A stretch of 12,259 nucleotides of DNA from an uncultured archaeon (GCA_964468895.1 CAYXWT010000022.1:1-12259), one strand, 5' to 3'. Positions 1 to 7,226 are shown, counted from the stretch's first letter. A program made the numbers and translations. The notes: generated by a model from the sequence alone, not told the origin.

Positions 1-113
1 ATGAAGATAAATTAAATGGCAAAATTTATAGCAAATTATATTTGATGGTTAAAGGTAATTACTTTAGAGGTAAAAAACATCTTGAAGAATATATAAACGG
101 TGAAAATAAATGA
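1..113 (+). CDS. rpl19e: 50S ribosomal protein L19e (eL19), C-terminal fragment; 5' end lies outside the window
   Basis: Frame 3 reads EDKLNGKIYSKLYLMVKGNYFRGKKHLEEYINGENK then TGA at 111-113. The Y..LY...KGN.FR.K..L.EYI pattern matches the conserved eL19 C-terminus as I recall it. It sits directly upstream of L18, as in archaeal spc clusters. Its stop overlaps the L18 ATG (ATGA at 110-113). Confidence 0.7.
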   Translation, partial: EDKLNGKIYSKLYLMVKGNYFRGKKHLEEYINGENK

Positions 114-622
114 AGAGCGGACCAACTTATAAAGTTCCATTTAAAAGAAAAAAATCTCAAAAAACAAATTATACAAAAAGATTAGCTTTATTAAAATCAA
201 ATTGTAATAGATTTATAGTAAGATTGACAAATAATTTAGTTAGAATACAAATTGTAGAATATAATAGAGATGGAGACAAAACATTAGTTAGTGCAAATTC
301 AAAAGAATTAACTAAATTAGGTTGGAATTATTCTCTTAAAAATACATCTTCAATTTATTTAACTTCTTTGTTATTATGTTCAAAAGCTAAATCAAAAAAA
401 ATTACAAAAGTAATATTTGATTTAGGATCTAAAAATTACAAAGCAAAAAGTAAAATTTTTGCAGCTCTTAAAGCTGTTGTTGATAGTGGTATTGAATGCC
501 CTTATGATGAAAAAGCATTTCCACTTGATGAAAGAATTTCTGGTAAAGTTTGCTCTGAATTCTTAAAAAATAATATGCTTAAAGATTTTGAAGAAATTAA
601 AGAAAAAATATTAAAGATGTGA
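110..622 (+). CDS. rpl18: 50S ribosomal protein L18 (uL18)
   Basis: The N-terminus GPTYKVPFKRKKSQKTNYTKRLALLKS matches the archaeal uL18 signature (GPRYRVPFRRRREGKTDY-like). GGTGA at 99-103 lies 6 nt before the ATG. The position between L19e and S5 fits. Confidence 0.9.
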   Translation: MKSGPTYKVPFKRKKSQKTNYTKRLALLKSNCNRFIVRLTNNLVRIQIVEYNRDGDKTLVSANSKELTKLGWNYSLKNTSSIYLTSLLLCSKAKSKKITKVIFDLGSKNYKAKSKIFAALKAVVDSGIECPYDEKAFPLDERISGKVCSEFLKNNMLKDFEEIKEKILKM

Positions 623-626
623 TTTT

Positions 627-1397
627 ATGAGTGCAGGATTTAGAAGACCTAGAAGAAAACAAAGACAAGAAAAAGTTTTTGATAAAGAAGCATGGACACC
701 TAAAACAGAGCTTGGTGCAAAAGTAAAATCTGGTGCTATCGATAATATAGATTATATTTTTAAAATTGGCAGAAAAATAATGGAACCAGAAATTATTGAT
801 TGTTTAATTCCTGGAATTAAAGCTAAAACTATTGATGTTAAAAAAACTACAAGAGTTACAAGAGCAGGAAGAAATTTTGCTTTTAGAGTAACAGCTATTG
901 TTGGCGATGGAAATGGTCATATTGGTGTTGGAACTGGAAAAAATATAGAAAGAATAACAGCTCAACAAAAAGCAATATTAAATGCAAAAGTTAATCTTAT
1001 ACCTATTAAAAGAGGATGTGGATCTTGGGAATGTAATTGTTCTAAACAACATTCTATACCATATATGAGTCTAGGAAATTGTGCTTCATTAAGAGTTGAA
1101 TTATTACCTGCACCAAACGGTATTGGTCTTGCAGTTAGTGATACTATTAAACCAGTTTTTGAATTGGCTGGTATTAAAGATATTTGGTCTAAAACAAGAG
1201 GTGCTACAGATACTAAACTTAATTTTGTAAGAGCTACAATTAATGCTTTAGAAAATATATCTAAATTAAAATTTAATGAAAAAGAAGAAGAAGAATTAGA
1301 AGAATTAGAAGAAAAACAAGAAGAAGTTATTGAAGATTCTAAAGTTGAAGTTAATAACAAAATTGATACTGAAATTAAAAAAGAAAATTTAGAATAA
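627..1397 (+). CDS. rps5: 30S ribosomal protein S5 (uS5) with a 40-aa acidic C-terminal tail
   Basis: Contains VTRAGRNFAFRVTAIVGDGNGHIGVGTGK and RGCGSWECNCSKQHSIPY...LLPAPNGIGL, typical of archaeal/eukaryal uS5. The GTGA that spans the L18 stop lies 4 nt before the ATG. Confidence 0.95.
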   Translation: MSAGFRRPRRKQRQEKVFDKEAWTPKTELGAKVKSGAIDNIDYIFKIGRKIMEPEIIDCLIPGIKAKTIDVKKTTRVTRAGRNFAFRVTAIVGDGNGHIGVGTGKNIERITAQQKAILNAKVNLIPIKRGCGSWECNCSKQHSIPYMSLGNCASLRVELLPAPNGIGLAVSDTIKPVFELAGIKDIWSKTRGATDTKLNFVRATINALENISKLKFNEKEEEELEELEEKQEEVIEDSKVEVNNKIDTEIKKENLE

Positions 1398-1432
1398 TTA
1401 TATAATGTTGAAAATAAAAAAGGTTGAAAAAC

Positions 1433-1894
1433 ATGTTTGCAGTTATTAGAATTAGAGGACCTATTAAGGTTAATAGAGATATTGAACATACTATGAATTT
1501 ATTAAATCTTACTAGATCTAATCATTGTGTTATATATCCTGAAAATGAAAAAATTAAAGGTATGATTAATAAAGTTAGAGGTTATGTAACTTATGGAGAA
1601 ATTAATAAAGATATTTTTCAAAAGTTGTTATTAAAAAGAGGAAAAGTTTATAATAAAGAAGGTAAATTAAATTATATTAAAGATGTATTTAAGATTACAG
1701 AAGTTGAAACTATGGTAGATGATCTTTTAAGTTCCAAAATAAAGATTTCTGATATCAATTTAAAGCCTGTATTTAGATTAAAACCTCCTTCTAAAGGTTA
1801 TGATAGAAAAGGTATTAAAAAAACATTTAATGAAGGCGGTGCATTAGGTTATAGATCTAATAAAATAAATGAATTATTAAAAAAAATGTTATAG
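1433..1894 (+). CDS. rpl30: 50S ribosomal protein L30 (uL30)
   Basis: MFAVIRIRGPIKVNRDIEHTMNLLNL is the typical uL30 N-terminus. The ORF track starts at TTG 1424, but AGGTTGA at 1421-1427 lies 5 nt before ATG 1433, so 1433 is preferred. Confidence 0.88.
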   Translation: MFAVIRIRGPIKVNRDIEHTMNLLNLTRSNHCVIYPENEKIKGMINKVRGYVTYGEINKDIFQKLLLKRGKVYNKEGKLNYIKDVFKITEVETMVDDLLSSKIKISDINLKPVFRLKPPSKGYDRKGIKKTFNEGGALGYRSNKINELLKKML

Positions 1895-1942
1895 TTATAA
1901 AACATTTTGATTATATATATATTATATTAAAGTGATGATATT

Positions 1943-2311
1943 ATGGGTAAATCTAAAGTTGATAAATTAAGAGGAAAAAGAAGTCACGGTAAAGGTAATA
2001 CTAAAAACAATAGAGGTGCTGGTTGTAAAGGTGGTAGAGGTAGAGCAGGCTCTAAGAAACATAAATTTACTAAATATTATTTAACTTTTGGTATTAAAAG
2101 AAGACTTTGTACTAAAGGAACATTAAAAACTATTAATCTAGTTGATTTAATGCCTTTAATTGAAGATAAAAAAGAAATTAATCTTAAAGAATTAGGTTAT
2201 GATAAAATATTAGGTAAAGGTAATATTACTTGTGCTATTAAATTTAAAAAGGCACTTGCTACTAATGTTGCTAAAGAAAAAATCGAAAAAGCAGGGGGCT
2301 CGGTTGAATGA
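1943..2311 (+). CDS. rpl15: 50S ribosomal protein L15 (uL15), short form
   Basis: LRGKRSHGKGNTKNNRGAGCKGGRGRAGSKKHKF is the glycine/basic uL15 N-terminal motif. GTGAT at 1932-1936 lies 6 nt before the ATG. The stop overlaps the secY start (ATGA at 2308-2311). Confidence 0.9.
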   Translation: MGKSKVDKLRGKRSHGKGNTKNNRGAGCKGGRGRAGSKKHKFTKYYLTFGIKRRLCTKGTLKTINLVDLMPLIEDKKEINLKELGYDKILGKGNITCAIKFKKALATNVAKEKIEKAGGSVE

Positions 2312-3630
2312 ATATTTTAGATAGTATAATTGGAATTTTACCTTCTGTAAAAGCACCAGTTAAAGTACCAACAATTAAACAAAAATTGATTTGGACATTT
2401 GTTGTTCTTTGTTTATTTTTTGTTTTAGGTAGTATTACCCTTATTGGTTTAGATCCTGCCAAAACAGCAGAATTAGGTCTTTACCAAATGATAATGGCAA
2501 GTAACTTAGGTACTTTGATTAGTTTAGGTATTGGACCGATTGTATTAGCTTCTATTATTCTTCAATTATTAGCTGGAGTAAAAATTATAAATTTTGATTT
2601 TTCTAATCCTAAATCAAGAGCAAAATTTAGTGGTATTCAAAAATTATTAGCAATTGTATTATCTGTTGTTGAAGCTATTGTTGCTACAGTTGCAGGTATG
2701 TTAGTTCCACTTCCTGGAATGACATTTTTAGTTATTTTACAAGTAGCTTTTGGATCTATATTATTAATATATTTAGATGAGATTGTAAGTAAATATGGTA
2801 TTGGATCAGGAATTGGTTTATTTATTGCAGCTGGAGTTTCTCAAGCTGTGTTTTGGAGAATATTTGCATTTCCAATGTCAGGACGTGTTGGAGGTTTATT
2901 GTTTCAAGCTTTTACAAGTATAAGTGCAGGGACAACGGTTCAATTGTTCTCAAATATATTGTTGCCAATACTGATGACATTATTTGTATTTTTTATAGTT
3001 GTTTATGCAGAAAGTATGCATATTAATATACCTTTAACAGTTGGAAGAAGTGGTATGGGTGCCAAATACCCTGTTAAATTATTATATGTTTCAAACATGC
3101 CTGTAATTTTAGCAGGAACTTTGTTTGCAAATATTAGGATGCTTGGTGGAGTATTTAAAAATTCTTCATTTTTTGCAGTAATAAACAATTTTATAGCAAG
3201 TCCAAATGGTTTGTTGCAAACAATAATTTATGGTGGTGCAACCACATCAATGATACTTAATGCTTTAGGATATATGGTCCTATTTGTTGTAACATGTGTT
3301 ATCTTTGGTAAGTTTTGGGTAGAAGTAGGTGGACAGAGTGTAAGTAGTGTTGCACAACAATTACAAAGAAGTGGAATGTCTATACCTGGATTTAGAAGAG
3401 ATGAAAGAGTGATAGTTGGAGTACTAAATAGATATATTCCAACAATAGTAATTTTAGGATCTGTATTTGTAGGTCTTTTATCATTTTTTGCAGATATTAC
3501 TGGTGCAATAGGAACTGGAACAGGAATTTTATTAACTGTTGGTATAATATATAGGTTTTATGAACAATTAGCAAAAGAACAAGCATTTGAATCAAGCGCA
3601 TTATTAAAACAAATAGCAGGTAAAAAATAA
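2308..3630 (+). CDS. secY: Preprotein translocase subunit SecY
   Basis: A 440-aa polytopic membrane protein of about 10 hydrophobic segments, placed immediately after L15. Contains SNLGTLISLGIGPIVLASIILQLL and YLDEIVSKYGIGSGIGLFIAAGV, which are SecY/Sec61alpha-like motifs. Confidence 0.95.
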   Translation: MNILDSIIGILPSVKAPVKVPTIKQKLIWTFVVLCLFFVLGSITLIGLDPAKTAELGLYQMIMASNLGTLISLGIGPIVLASIILQLLAGVKIINFDFSNPKSRAKFSGIQKLLAIVLSVVEAIVATVAGMLVPLPGMTFLVILQVAFGSILLIYLDEIVSKYGIGSGIGLFIAAGVSQAVFWRIFAFPMSGRVGGLLFQAFTSISAGTTVQLFSNILLPILMTLFVFFIVVYAESMHINIPLTVGRSGMGAKYPVKLLYVSNMPVILAGTLFANIRMLGGVFKNSSFFAVINNFIASPNGLLQTIIYGGATTSMILNALGYMVLFVVTCVIFGKFWVEVGGQSVSSVAQQLQRSGMSIPGFRRDERVIVGVLNRYIPTIVILGSVFVGLLSFFADITGAIGTGTGILLTVGIIYRFYEQLAKEQAFESSALLKQIAGKK

Positions 3631-3643
3631 AATTTGATGTTAT

Positions 3644-4096
3644 ATGATGGAATTTCCTCTGTTTGGTGCTTGGATAGATATTATAGTAATTTGTATAGTG
3701 TATTCTTTAATAGTGAAATTAATACAACATCTTTTAATAAAACCTAAAGAATATATTCAAGTAAAATTAGAATCTAAAAAATTAAATAAAGAAATGCAGG
3801 CTTTAATTAAAGAACAAAAAGTTGAAGAAGCTCAAAAAAAACAAAAAGAAAGTTTAATATTAATGCAAAAACAAATGAGTTTTACAATGAAACCTATGAT
3901 GGTTTTGATGATTGTTGCTTTCCCTTTGTTATGGTTTATAAAAAAATATTATGGGGAATTAAGTTATAATTTTGGACTATTTACAGTTTCTGGAATTTGG
4001 GCTTATGTGATAATTGCAACTGTTATATCATTGATAATATCAACTGTTTATGATAAAAATTTAGAAAAAAAATACGGACAAGAATTAGTAAAATAA
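3644..4096 (+). CDS. DUF106-family membrane protein (archaeal Oxa1/YidC/EMC3-like insertase homolog)
   Basis: The 150-aa protein has TM1 (IDIIVICIVYSLIVKLI), a lysine/glutamate-rich coiled-coil hairpin (KLESKKLNKEMQALIKEQKVEEAQKKQKE), then TM2 and TM3. This is the DUF106 architecture. The slot downstream of secY in archaeal clusters is conserved. The family call rests on topology and synteny, not on an alignment. Confidence 0.65.
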   Translation: MMEFPLFGAWIDIIVICIVYSLIVKLIQHLLIKPKEYIQVKLESKKLNKEMQALIKEQKVEEAQKKQKESLILMQKQMSFTMKPMMVLMIVAFPLLWFIKKYYGELSYNFGLFTVSGIWAYVIIATVISLIISTVYDKNLEKKYGQELVK

Positions 4097-4126
4097 AAAT
4101 AACAAAATATTTAATTGGTGAAATTT

Positions 4127-4468
4127 ATGCCTAATCCAAATGAAAGATTTAAAAAACACAAGTTTGTAAGAACTCCTGGTGGAAAACTTAAAAGAAATTT
4201 AGTTAAGAAAAAAACATCTAAACACAAATGTGCAGTATGTTCTAAAATACTTAACGGTGTTCCTCATGGACTTAGAACTTTTGAAGTAAAAAGACTAAGT
4301 AAAACTCAAAGAAGACCTGAAAATCTATTATCGTCTATTCTTTGTCCTAAATGTAGAGAAATCGCATATCACGATGCAGTTATGTTAAAGTATAATCTTA
4401 AAGAAGAAAAAAACTTAGATTTTAGATATGCAAAATATGTAAAAATGATTTTAAATAAAATCGAATAA
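4127..4468 (+). CDS. rpl34e: 50S ribosomal protein L34e (eL34)
   Basis: Contains HKFVRTPGGKLKRNLVKKK, then C..C (CAVCSKILNG) and C..C (CPKCREI), an eL34 zinc-ribbon pattern. The ORF track begins at TTG 4115, but GGTGA at 4117-4121 lies 5 nt before ATG 4127. Confidence 0.88.
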   Translation: MPNPNERFKKHKFVRTPGGKLKRNLVKKKTSKHKCAVCSKILNGVPHGLRTFEVKRLSKTQRRPENLLSSILCPKCREIAYHDAVMLKYNLKEEKNLDFRYAKYVKMILNKIE

Positions 4469-4496
4469 AATATAATTAAAAAAATTGTGAATGATT

Positions 4497-4655
4497 ATGG
4501 GTATTTTAATTCCAGGTAAGAAATGTATTATTATGCAAGGTAAAAACTTTGGTAAGAAAATAATTGTAGATAAAGTTGATAAAAACTTTGTTTATTTTAA
4601 ACTAGATGATAAAGAAAAAAAGTTATCTTTATTACATGTTTTTCCAATAGAATAA
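4497..4655 (+). CDS. rpl14e: 50S ribosomal protein L14e (eL14), minimal 52-aa KOW-type form; absent from the supplied ORF track
   Basis: Hand translation gives MGILIPGKKCIIMQGKNFGKKIIVDKVDKNFVYFKLDDKEKKLSLLHVFPIE then TAA at 4653-4655. The G..C....G...GK..IV..VD.NFV ... L.P pattern resembles the archaeal L14e KOW core. GTGA at 4487-4490 lies 6 nt before ATG 4497. The position after L34e fits the archaeal order. Confidence 0.65.
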   Translation: MGILIPGKKCIIMQGKNFGKKIIVDKVDKNFVYFKLDDKEKKLSLLHVFPIE

Positions 4656-4681
4656 AAAAATTAAATTGATGAGTGATATTT

Positions 4682-5302
4682 ATGGCTAAAGCAAAAAAAG
4701 GAAATAAATCAAATTCAAAACCTAGAAAAGGTAATCCTAAATCTAAAAAACCTAATAAAAAAAATATAACAATTGTTGTAAAGAAGAAACATACAGATAG
4801 ATTAAGATTACAAAAAGCAAAACCTGTACCATCTCACATTGATTTAACTAAAGAAAGCGAAGATTTTAAACATGTTGTTAGAATTGCTAGTAGAGATTTA
4901 CCAGGATATATGACTTTAAGTCAAGGTTTAGATTTAATTTATGGTATTAGTAGTAGAGTTTCAGATTCTGTTAATAAAATTTATACTAAAAAAACAGGTA
5001 AAGTTATTAACAAAATTGGATATTTAACAGATGAAGATGTTGTTATAATTCAAGAAATTTTAGAAAATTTAGATTCTTATGTGCCTAAATGGTTATTAAA
5101 TAGATCTAAAGTTATGGAAGGCGGATGTAAACATTTAATTATGGCTGATTTAAAACTTTCTCAAAGAAGAGAATTACAAAGATTAGGTAAAATTAAAAGT
5201 TATAGAGGATTAAGATTACAATGGGGACTTCCTGTTAGAGGTCAAAGAACAAGATCTACTTTTAGAAGAAGTGGTGTTGTTGGAGTTAATAAGAATAAAT
5301 AG
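4682..5302 (+). CDS. rps13: 30S ribosomal protein S13 (uS13) with a lysine-rich N-terminal extension of about 58 aa
   Basis: The core EDFKHVVRIASRDLPG...GISSRV...LGKIKSYRGLRLQWGLPVRGQRTRS is uS13. The ORF track starts at GTG 4673, which lies inside the GTGAT Shine-Dalgarno site. ATG 4682 follows that site by 5 nt. Confidence 0.9.
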   Translation: MAKAKKGNKSNSKPRKGNPKSKKPNKKNITIVVKKKHTDRLRLQKAKPVPSHIDLTKESEDFKHVVRIASRDLPGYMTLSQGLDLIYGISSRVSDSVNKIYTKKTGKVINKIGYLTDEDVVIIQEILENLDSYVPKWLLNRSKVMEGGCKHLIMADLKLSQRRELQRLGKIKSYRGLRLQWGLPVRGQRTRSTFRRSGVVGVNKNK

Positions 5303-5351
5303 AAATTATAAAAAAATTCTATTTTATTGAATTTAATTAAGGTGATTTATT

Positions 5352-5921
5352 ATGGGAGAACCAAGACGTTTAAGCAGACAGTATGATGTTCCAAGAAAAT
5401 TATGGGATAAAAGAAAAATAATATCTGATAAAAAGTTAACTAAAGAGTTTGGACTTAAAAGTAAAAAAGAAATCTGGAAAGCTGAAACTAAAGTTAGAAT
5501 TTTAAGAAAACTTGCTAGAAATTTACTTGCAGGTAATGTAGATAATTATGAACTTAGAAAAAACGAATTACTAAATAAATTAATTAATTTAGGTGTTTTT
5601 ACTAAAGAACATAAATTAGAAGATGTTTTAAAATTACAATCTATAGATTATTTAGAAAGAAGATTACAAACACAAGTTTTAAGAAAAGGTTTATCTTTAA
5701 CTGCTAATCAATCAAGACAATTAATAATTCATAAACATATTGCAGTTAATGGAAGAGTTAGAAATGCTCCTTCATCTTTAATTACTATAAATGATACAAT
5801 TTCATATTCAAATTCAAAAATAAAAAATATAATTGATAAGCAAATAGAAAGTAAAGGAAAATCTACTGTTGTAGATAAGAAAAGTGAAGATGCTGCAAAA
5901 ACAGTAGAAAATAAGGTGTGA
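5352..5921 (+). CDS. rps4: 30S ribosomal protein S4 (uS4)
   Basis: MGEPRRLSRQYDVPRKLWDK is an archaeal uS4 N-terminus. An S4 RNA-binding domain follows (LERRLQTQVLRKGLSLTANQSRQLIIHKHIAVNGRV). GGTGAT at 5341-5346 lies 5 nt before the ATG. Confidence 0.92.
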   Translation: MGEPRRLSRQYDVPRKLWDKRKIISDKKLTKEFGLKSKKEIWKAETKVRILRKLARNLLAGNVDNYELRKNELLNKLINLGVFTKEHKLEDVLKLQSIDYLERRLQTQVLRKGLSLTANQSRQLIIHKHIAVNGRVRNAPSSLITINDTISYSNSKIKNIIDKQIESKGKSTVVDKKSEDAAKTVENKV

Positions 5922-5926
5922 ATTTA

Positions 5927-6313
5927 ATGAGTAAAGAAAAAATAGGAATTGTAAATATTTTTGCTTCTAGAAATAATACCATGATTGTTTTAACAGATGA
6001 AACTGGTGCAGAAATTATTGCAAAATGTACTGGTGGACAAATGACTAAATCTCAACATAAAGAAGGTTCTCCTTATATAGCTTCTAAAATTGCTCAAAAT
6101 GTTGCAGATAAAGCTAGAGATAAAGGTATTACAAGAGTTCATGTTAAAATAAGAGCTCCTGGTGGAAATTTATATTATAATCCTGGTCAAGGTGCTGAAG
6201 CATCATTAAAATCCTTAACTAGAGCTGGATTAAATATTTTAAGTATTAGTAATACAACTCCTGTACCACATGATGGTTGTAGAAAGAAAAAATGTTATAG
6301 AAAGAAAAGATGA
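5927..6313 (+). CDS. rps11: 30S ribosomal protein S11 (uS11)
   Basis: Contains GIVNIFASRNNTMIVLTDETG...SPYIASKIAQNVADKARDKGITRVHVKIRAPGG...TPVPHDGCRKKK. The ORF track starts at GTG 5918, but AGGTG at 5914-5918, running into the S4 stop, is the Shine-Dalgarno site for ATG 5927. Confidence 0.93.
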   Translation: MSKEKIGIVNIFASRNNTMIVLTDETGAEIIAKCTGGQMTKSQHKEGSPYIASKIAQNVADKARDKGITRVHVKIRAPGGNLYYNPGQGAEASLKSLTRAGLNILSISNTTPVPHDGCRKKKCYRKKR

Positions 6314-6351
6314 TTTTTTTAAATATTAAATTATGTGTGTGTGATTAATAA

Positions 6352-7089
6352 ATGGTTAAAGTAAGTTTTTTAAAAAAGGAAGAGAAACTAAATAAATTTT
6401 TAGTTGAAAAAATAGATGCAAGTCTTTTAAATGTTTTTAGAAGAATTTCTTGCTATAATATTCCAATATATGCTATAGAAGAAATTGATTTTATAGAAAA
6501 TGATTCTGTGATTGTAGACGAAATGCTTGCTAATAGGATAGGACTTTGCCCAGTTTATACACCATTAGATAATACTGGTAAAAAAGTTACTTTTAGTTTA
6601 GATAAAATTGGACCAGGAGTAATATATAGCAAAGATTTAATTTCAAATGATTCTGAAATTAAAATGACTTGTGATAGTATTCCTCTTACAAAACTAAGTG
6701 ATAATCAAAAATTAAAATTTGAAGCTTTTGCAGTATTAGGTAAAGGCAGTACACATGTAAAATATTCTCCAGCAATTGTATCTTATAGCCAATTAGTTGA
6801 TTTTGAAAATCTAAAAGGTTGTGATGGTTGTGGAATTTGTGTGAATGCATGTCCTAAAAATAATATTAAATTAGTAGCTAATAAACCTAAAATTATTGAT
6901 ATTTATAAATGCGATGCCTGTAGAGCTTGTGTAGATTCTTGTCCAAAAACACTTTTAAAATTAATATATTCAGATAATTATATTTTAAATGTAGAATTAA
7001 TTGGACAAACCACAGTGAAAAGTTTAATAAAAGAAACAAAAAGATATACTAAAGAATATTTTATGCTTCTAAAAAAGAAATTTAAATAA
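6352..7089 (+). CDS. rpoD: DNA-directed RNA polymerase subunit D (Rpo3) with a two-cluster ferredoxin-like insertion
   Basis: LLNVFRRISCYNIPIYAIEEIDFIENDSVIVDEMLANRIGLCPV is the RpoD/Rpb3 dimerisation-domain signature. Two complete C..C..C...CP motifs are present (CDGCGICVNACP and CDACRACVDSCP). The position after S11 is canonical. Confidence 0.9.
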   Translation: MVKVSFLKKEEKLNKFLVEKIDASLLNVFRRISCYNIPIYAIEEIDFIENDSVIVDEMLANRIGLCPVYTPLDNTGKKVTFSLDKIGPGVIYSKDLISNDSEIKMTCDSIPLTKLSDNQKLKFEAFAVLGKGSTHVKYSPAIVSYSQLVDFENLKGCDGCGICVNACPKNNIKLVANKPKIIDIYKCDACRACVDSCPKTLLKLIYSDNYILNVELIGQTTVKSLIKETKRYTKEYFMLLKKKFK

Positions 7090-7105
7090 ATTAAATTTAT
7101 TTTTT

Positions 7106-7187
7106 GCTGGGTTTCCCGAGCGGTCAAAGGGGCTGGACTTAAGATCCAGTGCTTAGTGCTTCGCAGGTCCGAATCCTGCACCCAGCA
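7106..7187 (+). tRNA. tRNA-Leu, anticodon TAA (UAA), type II with a long variable arm; no encoded CCA
   Basis: Hand fold: acceptor GCTGGGT (7106-7112) pairs with ACCCAGC (7180-7186), with discriminator A at 7187. The D stem is CCC/GGG with a GG-containing loop. The anticodon stem is CTGGA/TCCAG around loop CTTAAGA (anticodon 7140-7142). The variable region is 13 nt. The T stem is GCAGG/CCTGC with loop TCCGAAT. This is also a local GC-rich island in AT-rich DNA. Confidence 0.9.
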
Positions 7188-7226
7188 TTTAATATTAAAA
7201 AATAAATTTTGTTAATGTGATATTTT

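Noticed and set aside
962-1489. A 175-aa minus-strand ORF antisense to S5 and the L30 start.
   Set aside because: It lies entirely antisense to a highly conserved uS5 gene. The product is low-complexity and Ser/Asn/Leu-rich, as expected when GAA/AAA-rich coding DNA is read in reverse. It has no Shine-Dalgarno site and no recognisable motif. The same reasoning applies to the other antisense ORFs in the track at 2271-2462, 3003-3188 and 8923-9321.
1932-1938. Perfect box-C-like GUGAUGA strings upstream of L15 (1932-1938) and of the TrmB gene (9617-9623), as possible box C/D sRNA or k-turn elements.
   Set aside because: They are simply the GGTGAT Shine-Dalgarno core followed by GA, at the standard distance from the ATG. 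No suitably placed CUGA partner with a terminal stem was found. They also lower the significance of the similar motif upstream of L7Ae.
5830-5918. A modest Lys/Ser/Asp-rich C-terminal stretch on S4 (IIDKQIESKGKSTVVDKKSEDAAKTVENKV), as another r-protein tail.
   Set aside because: At 189 aa in total, it is only ~10-20 aa beyond typical archaeal uS4 lengths. Without an alignment I cannot show it is a genuine extension rather than normal C-terminal variability.
6314-6320. A T7 tract right after the S11 stop, as a terminator between S11 and rpoD.
   Set aside because: S11 and rpoD are normally co-transcribed, the gap is only 38 nt, and T runs of this length are frequent here. At most it is a weak attenuator, which is not supportable as a feature.
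6978-7181. A 67-aa minus-strand ORF spanning the rpoD 3' end and the tRNA.
   Set aside because: It overlaps a well-folding tRNA-Leu and the conserved end of rpoD, and it has no Shine-Dalgarno site or recognisable domain. It is a chance open frame.
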